Assembly (NCBI GenBank): GCA_965219455.1
Contig: OZ244744.1
Location: 4,288,001 to 4,352,000, forward strand
DNA: 64,000 bases
Direction of reading: 5' to 3'
Source of the DNA: Candidatus Latescibacterota bacterium
GTDB taxonomy: Bacteria > Latescibacterota > UBA2968 > GCA-2709665
The position numbers and the translations under genes were made by a program. This document shows positions 30,186-39,180 of this stretch, piece after piece. The notes under the pieces were generated by a model. It did not search any database. It saw nothing but the letters and a program-made list of their open reading frames with translations, and was not told where the DNA came from. Within the stretch, counting starts at the first letter, position 1. Each line of letters opens with the position of its first letter.

Positions 30186-31406
30186 ATGAAGCGACTCTTT
30201 TCGTTACCATTAATTCTTTCCATGATATTTGCGGCCTGCGGCGGCAGCGGGGACACCGTTAGCGGTCCCACCGGCGGTACAGGAGAAGGCACGGGAACGG
30301 GCGGGTCCACCGGAGGACAAAGCAACAGCCAACACGCGCGAGACCCGCAGGCCGGCGGCAACTTTCTGGACGTGGCTTCATTTCCTGTAGACGCAATTGC
30401 AATCGGTTGTGCGGGCGCCGATTGTATACCCGCACTTACCGATCCCGATTTCGTCAGCTCCGGCGCCGCGGGAGCGGGGTATCTGCGAGACGACGATATT
30501 GTGATGGGGATCGTGATTAACGGAGAGCCCAGGGCCTATCCCCACAATATCGGCTGGTGGCACGAGATCATTAACGATACGGCGGGTGACGAGAGCGTGA
30601 TCGTGACGCTCTGCCCGCTGACCGGTACTGGTATGGTATTCAACGGCGTCGCCGCCGATGGCGAACGGATACACGTGGGGGTGTCCGGATTGTTGTTCAA
30701 CAACAACCTGATCATGTACGACCGGCGGGACAGGCAGTCGCTATACCCGCAGATGATCTACAAGGCCGTACTGGGCCCCCGGCAGGGCGAGGAACTGGAG
30801 CTGTTGCCGGTGACCGAGTGTACATGGGAATACTGGAAGCGGGTCCATCCGGATACAAGGGTGATCGACGGAAACGGCACCGGCGCGTCGATTAGCAATT
30901 ACACTGACTATCCATATTTCAGAGAGGATCTGGGAGGGGACTACCGCACTGCAAACGCGTACATCACTTTTCCGAATATGGATACACCCACGTCCAACCT
31001 TTTCGGCGCGAAGGATATGGCAATGGGCGTCCGTTTCGGGGAGATGGTGAAGGCCTATCCCTTCCTGGCCATGCACGACGAGGACGTCATCAATGACGTG
31101 ATTGCGGAAGGGGCCAGACAACATCCCATCCTGGTCGTCCACTACCGGGATGCCCAGTTGGCCATTCCCTTCTCGCGTGAGATCACCGTGAATGGCCAGG
31201 CAACCACGCTGTCCTTCGAACGCGTGAATTCAACCCTGAGCGCATATCCCTTTTTGCTGAAAGACAAAGAGACCGGAACAACCTGGAACCTGAAGGGAGA
31301 GGGCGTGACCGGCACGCACCAGGACAAGAAGCTGACTCAGCTGCCGTCCCACAACGGGTTCTGGTTCGCCTGGGGCACGTTCTGGCAGAACCTGGGTATT
31401 CACTGA
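30186..31406 (+). CDS. DUF3179 family lipoprotein
   Basis: Lipobox FAAC plus Gly/Thr linker; D.IPALTDP.F, RAYP, HEIIND, CPLTGTG, GVSGLLFNNNLIMYDR, FWFAW. Confidence 0.85.
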   Translation: MKRLFSLPLILSMIFAACGGSGDTVSGPTGGTGEGTGTGGSTGGQSNSQHARDPQAGGNFLDVASFPVDAIAIGCAGADCIPALTDPDFVSSGAAGAGYLRDDDIVMGIVINGEPRAYPHNIGWWHEIINDTAGDESVIVTLCPLTGTGMVFNGVAADGERIHVGVSGLLFNNNLIMYDRRDRQSLYPQMIYKAVLGPRQGEELELLPVTECTWEYWKRVHPDTRVIDGNGTGASISNYTDYPYFREDLGGDYRTANAYITFPNMDTPTSNLFGAKDMAMGVRFGEMVKAYPFLAMHDEDVINDVIAEGARQHPILVVHYRDAQLAIPFSREITVNGQATTLSFERVNSTLSAYPFLLKDKETGTTWNLKGEGVTGTHQDKKLTQLPSHNGFWFAWGTFWQNLGIH

Positions 31407-31448
31407 GCGATCGATCGTACTCCTATACATAGGTGCGTTATTGGCGAC

Positions 31449-31485
31449 AAAAAAAGCCCTCGGAGTCATCCGGGGGCCTTTCGTT
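31449..31485. terminator. Hairpin terminator, possibly bidirectional
   Basis: A7-GCCCTCGGA-GTCA-TCCGGGGGC-CTTTCGTT. Confidence 0.6.
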
Positions 31486-31625
31486 GGCGCCGCTCGCGAT
31501 ACGTTTGAATTTGTGTTTGGATCTGTAATTCTGCAAATTCATGCGATCTTTTGCGGCGGTGAACCGTTAGAATGGCAAACACGCCTTACTAAGGGTCGGG
31601 CGTCCTGCTACTGAAAGGCCAACGT

Positions 31626-31656
31626 GTCATTCTGAGCGGAGCCGAAGAATCTCCCG
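31626..31656. repeat. GTCATTCTGAGCG...GAAGAATCTCCCG REP-like repeat, left arm (copy 1)
   Basis: GTCATTCTGAGCGGAGCCGAAGAATCTCCCG, one mismatch to 49219-49249. Confidence 0.75.
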
Positions 31657-31854
31657 CCCATTCCGTTGTCGGTGTGAAGGGAACTTTCGTTTACGAATGC
31701 GGGCGGACGCATCGTCAACCTGACTGTCTGGGCGAGTCGGTGACTGTTCGGACAGCCATTTGTTCGTCCGGCGACGAAAGCGGAGTCGCGGGGTTGAGCG
31801 TTGCAACGACGTCTTTAATGTGACCTGTTGAGTTCGATCAGGAGGTTTGAGAAG

Positions 31855-34260
31855 ATGCTTCACATGAAACACGACCACAGATGCAGGAGCTGTCTTGTGC
31901 TTTTGTCGGTCTTGACACTTGCCGTTATCGGATGCGGCGCCGCATCCGCATGGGCGGATGCACTTTCTCCGAGGGAGGTCGACGCGGTCTACATCCGCAC
32001 AATGAAGTCTGACCACCCCGATTCCATAAGGGTGGCGATCGGGCAATTGGAAGGAGCCCTGAAAGCGTATCCCAACCCTGCCCTGCTGCGCGTGCGTCTT
32101 GGAATGCTCTATCTGAAGGCGAGGGACGCGCAACGGGCGAGGGCGCGTTTCAGAGACGCACTTATTGAGGATTCCACGCTGGTGGCGGCGCGGTACGGCC
32201 TGGGACGGGTTTATCTCGAGTTGATGAATAATCCCAAACGGGCGGTGACGAACCTCAAACACGCCATTCGCATCGATTCCACCTATGTCGACGCCCATCA
32301 ACTGATGGGACGGGCATATCTGAAAATGCGCAAGAAGAACGAGGTTGTGGCGTCGGCCCGGGCCGCGCTCCGGCACGATCCTGACCATGCGCCGTCGTAC
32401 ATGCTTCTGGCCGACTATTATCTCTCGCTGGGGAATGCGCGGGAAGCCATCCGGTATTTTCAGGAATTCCTCTCGCGCCACCCCGAAGATGAGGAATCCG
32501 CGTTTGATTTTGCGATGCATCTTCTGGAGATCGGGAGGTACGACGAGGTGCTGCAACTGGCGGCGCTGATGGGTCCGCAACGGGGGTTGCCCCTTGAGGC
32601 GCAGGTCCTGGCCGCCTGGGGAGATCACGAAGAGGCCCTCCAGGCGTTCGAGCGGTATGTTTCACTGCAGCCGGAGAAGGCGCGATCGGTATATCATGAC
32701 ATCTCTATTGTGGCTGGAACCGAGGACGTTCAGGCCTATCAGAACACACCGCCGGAGAAGCGGGAGACGTTCCTGAGGCGATTCTGGCTGAAGCGCGACC
32801 CGTTCCAGACGAGCGGCGGCGCGATGCGGCGGATGGAACACTACCGGCGTGTGTGGCAGGCAATGACCCTGTATGGTGAGATCAAGTGGCCCTTCGACGC
32901 CCGCGGCCGGGTGTTCGTCAGGTACGGAGAACCCGACTGGCAGTCAAGTTGGCAGCAAATCAACGCCCAGGTGCCGCTCAAGGTGCAGCGGGTACAGGAA
33001 AGACTGGCGTTTCAGCTTTATGGAAAGCACGGGCACAACATGAACTTCATTGGCCCGGTGTATCCCATTCGGTCGGACCGTTCGGCCGAACGCGCGCTTT
33101 CCCGGTCGGTCTGGGGGACCAGTCACAAGCCGTTGTCCGGCCCTGAGGAAATCGACGTGGGACTCACGTATTACAAGCCGGTCACCACAAGCATGGATAA
33201 CTCGAAGGTGGGCTGGGATGTCTGGATTTATGCGGATATCGCAAACGGCTTAGAGGTCGTGTTTACGGATGAATTGTACAGTGGTGTCTACGATTTCGCT
33301 CCGGAACCGACGCCCGACGGGTACGATCTGAACGAACTCGCCATGCAACGCATGGGCCCCATGCGCAGCCTGATGTCGCGATTGCCCAACCTGGCGCCGG
33401 GCGCCCGGGTCGCGCGAATCTCGAAGGATATGCCCGAGCGGTACGACATCTCCCATCTGGATCCCATGGAGTTCTATTACGAAGCCCTTACGTTCCGGGG
33501 GCGCAACGGAAAGGCGGACCTTCAACTGAATCTGGGACTGCCGCTGGACAACGTCCTGGTGGCCGGAGACGGCGACACAACGGTGACGTTGGAACGGCGC
33601 ATCGCACTGATCGAAAACCGGACGGAACAGGTGCGGAAGACACGGGATCGGCTGGACGTGCGGATATCGTCGGACGGTAGAGGCACGGGGTTGTTGGCCG
33701 TGGACCGGGTCGATCTGACTGCGGCGCCCGGCACCTATCGGTTGGCGCTACAGATGTCCAGACTGAATACCAACCGGCTTCAGGCATATCACCAGGAGGT
33801 CGAGGTACCCGACTACGATGGCGGGCAGTTACTCCTGAGCGATTTGCAGGTGGCCTACCTCGTAAGCGAGGCCGGCCCGAATTCAGATCCCAGGTCGGTA
33901 AGGGGGAAATGGCAGATTGCCGCTGCGCCGTCCCGGGCGTTTCGTGCGGGCGATCCGGTTTTCGTCTACTTTGAAATCTACAATTTGACGCGGGATGCGT
34001 TCGGTAACACCCGATACGAGGTGGGGTACGAGGTGCGCCGGGGGAGAAAGAAGCTGAAAACGCTGGCCCGGAAGGGGTCGGGCGAGATGGTTTCGGTCAG
34101 CTACAAACAGGTGGGCCCCTCGCCTCACGAGTCCGACTACGTCGAGTTGGACCTGCGAAAGGGCAAATCCGGGCGCTACAGGGTTAAAATGACGGTGAAG
34201 GATCTCGTGAGCGGCCGGCAGACGGTTCGCGAGGGCCGGTTTCAGATCCTGCAGAAGTGA
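31855..34260 (+). CDS. TPR- and GWxTD-domain protein (paralog 1)
   Basis: RBS GGAGG, ATG 31855; signal peptide; TPRs; FWLKRDP...EHYRRV...DARGRVFVRYGEPD; C-terminal LSDLQ...VFVYFEIYNL...G.Y...VKDLVSG. Confidence 0.85.
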   Translation: MLHMKHDHRCRSCLVLLSVLTLAVIGCGAASAWADALSPREVDAVYIRTMKSDHPDSIRVAIGQLEGALKAYPNPALLRVRLGMLYLKARDAQRARARFRDALIEDSTLVAARYGLGRVYLELMNNPKRAVTNLKHAIRIDSTYVDAHQLMGRAYLKMRKKNEVVASARAALRHDPDHAPSYMLLADYYLSLGNAREAIRYFQEFLSRHPEDEESAFDFAMHLLEIGRYDEVLQLAALMGPQRGLPLEAQVLAAWGDHEEALQAFERYVSLQPEKARSVYHDISIVAGTEDVQAYQNTPPEKRETFLRRFWLKRDPFQTSGGAMRRMEHYRRVWQAMTLYGEIKWPFDARGRVFVRYGEPDWQSSWQQINAQVPLKVQRVQERLAFQLYGKHGHNMNFIGPVYPIRSDRSAERALSRSVWGTSHKPLSGPEEIDVGLTYYKPVTTSMDNSKVGWDVWIYADIANGLEVVFTDELYSGVYDFAPEPTPDGYDLNELAMQRMGPMRSLMSRLPNLAPGARVARISKDMPERYDISHLDPMEFYYEALTFRGRNGKADLQLNLGLPLDNVLVAGDGDTTVTLERRIALIENRTEQVRKTRDRLDVRISSDGRGTGLLAVDRVDLTAAPGTYRLALQMSRLNTNRLQAYHQEVEVPDYDGGQLLLSDLQVAYLVSEAGPNSDPRSVRGKWQIAAAPSRAFRAGDPVFVYFEIYNLTRDAFGNTRYEVGYEVRRGRKKLKTLARKGSGEMVSVSYKQVGPSPHESDYVELDLRKGKSGRYRVKMTVKDLVSGRQTVREGRFQILQK

Positions 34261-34428
34261 GGTCGGACGTTCCCGTGGGGGGTGTCCTTGCATTCACGGA
34301 CGGATTTCGGTTGTCCCGCAATCCGTCCGTTCGCGTGTGTGCCCCTTCAGAAACTCTTGTGGTGACGACACGACGTGCTACCTTTTGTTGCCGACGGGGT
34401 CCATCGATGGCGGGCACACAAAAAAAAC

Positions 34429-34457
34429 TTGACAAATTCGATTGGTCCAACTAAATT
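34429..34457 (+). promoter_or_regulatory. Strong sigma70-type promoter upstream of the OMP-TBDR operon, with overlapping FadR/GntR-like box
   Basis: A-tract, TTGACA-17 bp-TAAATT; spacer and -10 contain ATTGGTCCAACTAAAT. Confidence 0.6.
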
Positions 34458-34577
34458 TCATGCAATTCAGTAAGATAAGGGGTAGTGTGTCAAATATGAA
34501 CCTCTAGGGTTTTAACGGTTTTTCCTATGTTTTATACATATTATAGGCCAATGTTTGGGGACCGCCTAGGCGTAATC

Positions 34578-34618
34578 GGCATGATGCATTCGTGTGCAAT
34601 TATGCCCTTTTTTGTTTT
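34578..34618 (+). terminator. Terminator/attenuator-like hairpin in the leader
   Basis: GGCATGATGCA...TGCAATTATGCC imperfect stem followed by CTTTTTTGTTTT. Confidence 0.4.
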
Positions 34619-34794
34619 GCCAGGCATGCAAGACCCCAGGTTTCGTGGATGGTCGGGATTCAACTGATCGTTCGCTAAAGAACTGTTTTATGGTACGCCG
34701 GGGGGATTGAGGTGTATTTGGGTCGTTGGAAAGTTGAGCTTCGAATTCTGCCGGATTTTCCGAAGCGTCGCATTGACCGACTGGTTTCGTATTG

Positions 34795-34821
34795 ATCTTG
34801 TCTATTCTGTATATCCATGTT
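34795..34821. repeat. Degenerate 9-mer tandem repeat (ATCYTGTNN-type)
   Basis: ATCTTGTCT ATTCTGTAT ATCCATGTT. Confidence 0.5.
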
Positions 34822-34950
34822 AAATTTTTTAATCCCGAATCGCTTGCGTCTTCGAATTTCTATCACGGGGGTGGGCTATTTGGGGGGCTAACCGCTTTCT
34901 TTATGACTTCCGTCTCTGGTCTTGGTCTTTGGAGGGGGAGGGCAGTGAAG

Positions 34951-34981
34951 GCTGACCGCTGAATGCTGATAGCTAACAGCT
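34951..34981. repeat. Heptamer tandem repeat (GCTGANN)x4
   Basis: GCTGACC GCTGAAT GCTGATA GCTAACA GCT. Confidence 0.65.
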
Positions 34982-35105
34982 TTTTTGAGAAAGGAGGTCG
35001 TCTATCGACAGAAGAGGAGTCCGTTTCGCAAATTCCGTTCGTGGGACGAGGGGAAGGGTGGAGGGGAGTTTCCGCATTATTCACTCTCAAGAGGGAGGTG
35101 AGTAG

Positions 35106-35825
35106 ATGAAAGTTGTGCGTTTTGCTTTTCTGGCTGTTTTTGTGCTGGTGGCAGTGGGTCTGTCAGACAGCGCATTGGCTCAGGAAGGTAGATGGGCGGT
35201 CGGCGGGATCGCCGATTACAACATCCCGATGCTTCGGCTCGGCGAGCGCTGGGGCGCCACTGGCAAATTCGGGGCAACGATAAGCTACGTAGCCAGCCAG
35301 CGCACCGTTGTTGAAATCGAGTACAATTACTCGAAGTTCACCGACGGAAAACCGGCATCCGATCTCTGGGTATACCCGATCGACGACCAGGAATACCCGC
35401 ACCCGAACGGCAAGTCCGAAATCACGTGGAACAACCTGATCGTGAACGGCCTGCTTTTTGTCGGCGAAGAGAACGCCACGCACGGGTTCAAGGCCAGGGA
35501 TTATCGGTATTATTTCCTGGTTGGCGGTGGTCTCTATCGTTACTACGCGATCAACAGCAACCTGGTTTATTCCCGCCAGACAAACGATCCTGTAGACTTG
35601 GGCTTTGTCATGGAAGACCAGATCGATCAGCGATATACCATCGGCGCCAATGCCGGCTTTGGTGTCGAGGGTTTCGTAACCCAGAACCTGGCCATCGACC
35701 TGCGTGCCCGCTACAGCTTTATTGTGGGCGAATTGCGCAATATGCTATTCTATGGGCTGGAGAAGGTGCGCCCCATTCACCTGGTCGACGTCGGCGCGCA
35801 GATGAAGTTTTACTTCTGGCGGTAA
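35106..35825 (+). CDS. Outer-membrane beta-barrel protein (OmpA-like membrane domain)
   Basis: RBS GGAGG; signal peptide ...ALA-QE; YFLVGGGLY, GANAGFGVEGF, IDLRARY, C-terminal KFYFWR. Confidence 0.8.
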   Translation: MKVVRFAFLAVFVLVAVGLSDSALAQEGRWAVGGIADYNIPMLRLGERWGATGKFGATISYVASQRTVVEIEYNYSKFTDGKPASDLWVYPIDDQEYPHPNGKSEITWNNLIVNGLLFVGEENATHGFKARDYRYYFLVGGGLYRYYAINSNLVYSRQTNDPVDLGFVMEDQIDQRYTIGANAGFGVEGFVTQNLAIDLRARYSFIVGELRNMLFYGLEKVRPIHLVDVGAQMKFYFWR

Positions 35826-35868
35826 TTTACCGCAGCCGGGGTAACAACACTATGAAGGAGGTATCACA

Positions 35869-38800
35869 ATGAAGCGTAAGCTTCTGTTTTTAGGAGTCGC
35901 AGTTGCGGTCGCGGCCGTTTGTTTCGTCACGGGCGACCTGCAGGCGGGTGTCACCGGCAAGGTCAACGGCGTGGTGCGCGACCAGGCCGGCGAAGTCCTG
36001 CCCGGCGCCAACGTCGTGATCAAGGAACTGAATCTGGGTTCCACGGCGGATGCCGACGGATATTATGTCATCATCAATATTTCGCCGGGCGTCTACACGC
36101 TCTCTGCGTCCCTGATCGGATTCGAAACCGTATCGCAGACGGGCGTGGACGTTACTACCGACCATACCACCACCATTAATTACAACCTGAAAGAGACCGC
36201 CCTCGAACTGGGCGAGTTGGTGGTGACGGCCGGCCGTCCCCTGGTGGAGCCCGATAAGACCACCAGCAAATACACGGTTTCTCTCGAAGAGACCGAGCGG
36301 AACCTGGCGGCGGCCCGCCGGACCTCCGAGTTGCTCCAGTTGCAACCGGGCGTGGCCGTCGACGGATCCAACCGGATTCGCGGTGCGTACGTAGACCGGG
36401 GCTGGTACGGCACCGACGTGGCATACCTGGTGGACGGCGTCCGGATGAACCACAACGATGGTCGAGGTCGCGGCGGCCGGTTCCGCACCGTGAACCGCGG
36501 CGCCATCCAGGAATTGTCCGTCCTCACCGGGGTAACCCCGGCCGAATACGGCAATGCCCAGGGCGGTGTGGTTCAAATCATTACCAAGGAAGGCGGCGGT
36601 GAGGTGAACGGTTGGGGCGAGTTTCGCTACGAGCCCGCCGGCAAGAAGCACTGGGGCGAGAACGTGTACGATGCCCCTTCGCACCAGGATAAGGCAAATT
36701 GGGACGATCCCGTCTGGGCCAATGAGAAGTACCCGGACCTCTCCGGTCAGATCAACCATCCCATTTTCGAGGAACTGGCGGGCGAACTCATCCACGTCCG
36801 GACGAACTACACGGAATGGACCGGCTTCGGCGTCGAGGGCAACGTGTCCGGCCCGATCGGAGACAAGGCTTCGTTCGTGGCTACGGTCAAGAAAGACCAC
36901 TATGCCGCGTCTTCCCCGCGGGCGGAGCGGCACGGTTTCTACAATGACCGTGGGCAATTCCAGGACGATCCGGGCAACATCAACGTGTCCGGAAGTCTCA
37001 CGATCAAGCCCACTGCCAACCTCAAGTTGAAAGTGGGGGGGATGTATCTGGGTTGGGACTGGTATTCGAACGGCAATCCGGACCTCTTCGGCGGGCGTCA
37101 CGGCAGTGGCGGCGGCGCGATGAGGCGTGGCGGTGGCCGCGACCTGTTCCTTCCTGAGAAGTGGTCCGCGGCCGGTTTCCACGGTCTCAGCGAAGAACTG
37201 CAATACGCGGTGTTAACGCACACGCTCTCTCCCAGGACGTTCTACGAAGTGCGGCTTTCGCATTCCCGGTCCAAAATGGACACGATCAGCGGCACCCACG
37301 ACGTGACCAAGGACATCGCCCGGGATCAGGCGAGTTGGTTCAGTATCGGCCGCCAGGCCGCCCGATGGGGTCAGTCCGACCGCCAGCGCATCGGGGCCAA
37401 GGTCGATCTGTCGTCGCAGATAACCAAGGGGAACTTCGTTAAGGCGGGCGTCGAGTACCAGACCAGCGCCCTCACGATGATTTTCCGGTACGATACAACC
37501 CCGGCCGCACGGAATCTGCGGCTGATCGTGAACGAAGGCCAGATAGGCGAGAAGGTGAAACCCTTCTTCCTCAACGCCTACGTCCAGGATAAAATGGAGT
37601 TCCAGGGGATGATCGTGAATCTGGGCGTCCGCCTCGACACGTTCAATCCGAACTCCCGCCAGCTGACCTTCGGCGCGTTCCGGGGGAGTTCCATGTTCCG
37701 CTATTTCACCCGCGCGCGCGACTGGGCGTACCAGGAAGGCTCGCTTTGGGTTACGGACGCACCCTGGCACGTGAAGTTCAGCCCCCGGATCGGCGTGTCG
37801 CATCCGATTACGGAGCGGTCGCAGATGCGCTTCTCCACGGGTGTGTTCCTCCAGTGGGCCGACCTCTGGTACTATTTCGGGGAGGACTACTGGACCTCTG
37901 GCGATTCCGGCGACAGGGACGTGAATGAGAACGGCCGGATCGACGCCACGGAGCGGATGAACAACTTCCGTACCACTTATTCGGGTCAGAACGGGCTGCA
38001 CCTTCTGCAACCCGCCAAGACCACGGCCTTCGAGGTGGGCGCCGACTGGAACTTCGTGGCCGACTACACGGCCACGTTAACGGCGTACTACAAGAGCGAG
38101 GTGGATCATTTCACCTCATATCCCAACGAGACGTGGGTCGGTCCCAGGGACTTCGGGATTCCCTATTCACGTACCCTGGACAACGGCGCGTACGGCGATA
38201 CCCGCGGCGTCGAAATGTCCATGCGGAAGTCCTTCTCGCACAACTTCTCGTTCAACGTGTCGTACAACTACCAGTGGTCGCAGGTCACGACCGGTAAACT
38301 CGGCAACGTAATCCGCAACATCTACATGGACTCTACCACGGTGGTGCACCTGGCCACAACCAACGCGTTCACCGACAGGGGCGTAACCGTTCCGAATTTC
38401 TGGGTCTATTTCGACCCGCTTCCGGACGGCAGCGAGGCGCCGCGTCGGCTGACCGGCGACGACCTGGTCAAATACTCGCAGCAGGGCCAGCGCTACCACG
38501 ATGGATCGCGAGCGAAAGGCGGCCAGTTGGGAACGGGCGTGTGGGACGGCCTGCGTCCGGTTGACAGCCCGGCACTGGCGAACTGCGGCTCGAACTGCAC
38601 GGTCAAGATCAACTCGGGCAGCTATACCACGCTGTTCTTCCGCCCGAAGAGCGGCGACCGCCGGAACTTCGGGAGTTTTTCGCTGTTGGCGTCTTTTCCG
38701 GATGATTTCGAGTTCGGCCACGCTTTTGTCGGAACCGTTCTCAAGAATCTCCGGCTGAACGTCACCTCCCGCATCCAGACGGGCGGGATCTTCACCTACG

Positions 38801-39102
38801 CCCCGCCTCAAGGCGGAAACCGGTACTACCGCGACCTCGCGATGGATTCGCGCACCGACCTCGCCATTGAGAAAACCTTCAATGTGACCGGCCGGGTGCA
38901 ACCCACGCTGTTCGCCGACGTCCGGAACGTATTCAACCAGAAGGACCGGACCAGCCCGACCAACAGAAACTTGTGGTCGTATATCGGGTTGGACGGACCG
39001 ACGCCGGACGACAAGAATTATCTGAATTACGGCGACAGCCGGGATCGTTCGTACGCGCATACGCCGCGTCTTGCCCAGTTCGGGCTGCGCGTTAACTGGT
39101 GA
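35869..39102 (+). CDS. TonB-dependent receptor (large, non-SusC type)
   Basis: GVTGKVNGVVRD..GEVLPGANV, LQLQPGV, IRG, YLVDG, AEYGNAQGGVV, YVQDKMEF.GMIVNLGVRLD, FSPRIGVSHPIT, C-terminal QFGLRVNW. Confidence 0.92.
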   Translation: MKRKLLFLGVAVAVAAVCFVTGDLQAGVTGKVNGVVRDQAGEVLPGANVVIKELNLGSTADADGYYVIINISPGVYTLSASLIGFETVSQTGVDVTTDHTTTINYNLKETALELGELVVTAGRPLVEPDKTTSKYTVSLEETERNLAAARRTSELLQLQPGVAVDGSNRIRGAYVDRGWYGTDVAYLVDGVRMNHNDGRGRGGRFRTVNRGAIQELSVLTGVTPAEYGNAQGGVVQIITKEGGGEVNGWGEFRYEPAGKKHWGENVYDAPSHQDKANWDDPVWANEKYPDLSGQINHPIFEELAGELIHVRTNYTEWTGFGVEGNVSGPIGDKASFVATVKKDHYAASSPRAERHGFYNDRGQFQDDPGNINVSGSLTIKPTANLKLKVGGMYLGWDWYSNGNPDLFGGRHGSGGGAMRRGGGRDLFLPEKWSAAGFHGLSEELQYAVLTHTLSPRTFYEVRLSHSRSKMDTISGTHDVTKDIARDQASWFSIGRQAARWGQSDRQRIGAKVDLSSQITKGNFVKAGVEYQTSALTMIFRYDTTPAARNLRLIVNEGQIGEKVKPFFLNAYVQDKMEFQGMIVNLGVRLDTFNPNSRQLTFGAFRGSSMFRYFTRARDWAYQEGSLWVTDAPWHVKFSPRIGVSHPITERSQMRFSTGVFLQWADLWYYFGEDYWTSGDSGDRDVNENGRIDATERMNNFRTTYSGQNGLHLLQPAKTTAFEVGADWNFVADYTATLTAYYKSEVDHFTSYPNETWVGPRDFGIPYSRTLDNGAYGDTRGVEMSMRKSFSHNFSFNVSYNYQWSQVTTGKLGNVIRNIYMDSTTVVHLATTNAFTDRGVTVPNFWVYFDPLPDGSEAPRRLTGDDLVKYSQQGQRYHDGSRAKGGQLGTGVWDGLRPVDSPALANCGSNCTVKINSGSYTTLFFRPKSGDRRNFGSFSLLASFPDDFEFGHAFVGTVLKNLRLNVTSRIQTGGIFTYAPPQGGNRYYRDLAMDSRTDLAIEKTFNVTGRVQPTLFADVRNVFNQKDRTSPTNRNLWSYIGLDGPTPDDKNYLNYGDSRDRSYAHTPRLAQFGLRVNW

Positions 39103-39108
39103 GAAAGT

Positions 39109-39143
39109 GGCCCGCCGGAAGCGCATGCCGCTTCCGGCGGGCC
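39109..39143 (+). other. Intercistronic 15-bp perfect hairpin without U-tract
   Basis: GGCCCGCCGGAAGCG-CATGC-CGCTTCCGGCGGGCC just after the TBDR stop. Confidence 0.7.
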
Positions 39144-39180
39144 TGCTCCGTAGTGCTTTCGAATGGAGGCAGAGAAGGAT

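Noticed and set aside
30186-31406. Selenoprotein in the DUF3179 family
   Set aside because: The ORF is continuous with no in-frame UGA before the natural C-terminal FWFAW motif
34675-35090. Short minus-strand ORFs in the long intergenic region
   Set aside because: They translate repeat remnants (e.g. MDIQNRQD from the 9-mer array); no RBS or coding signal
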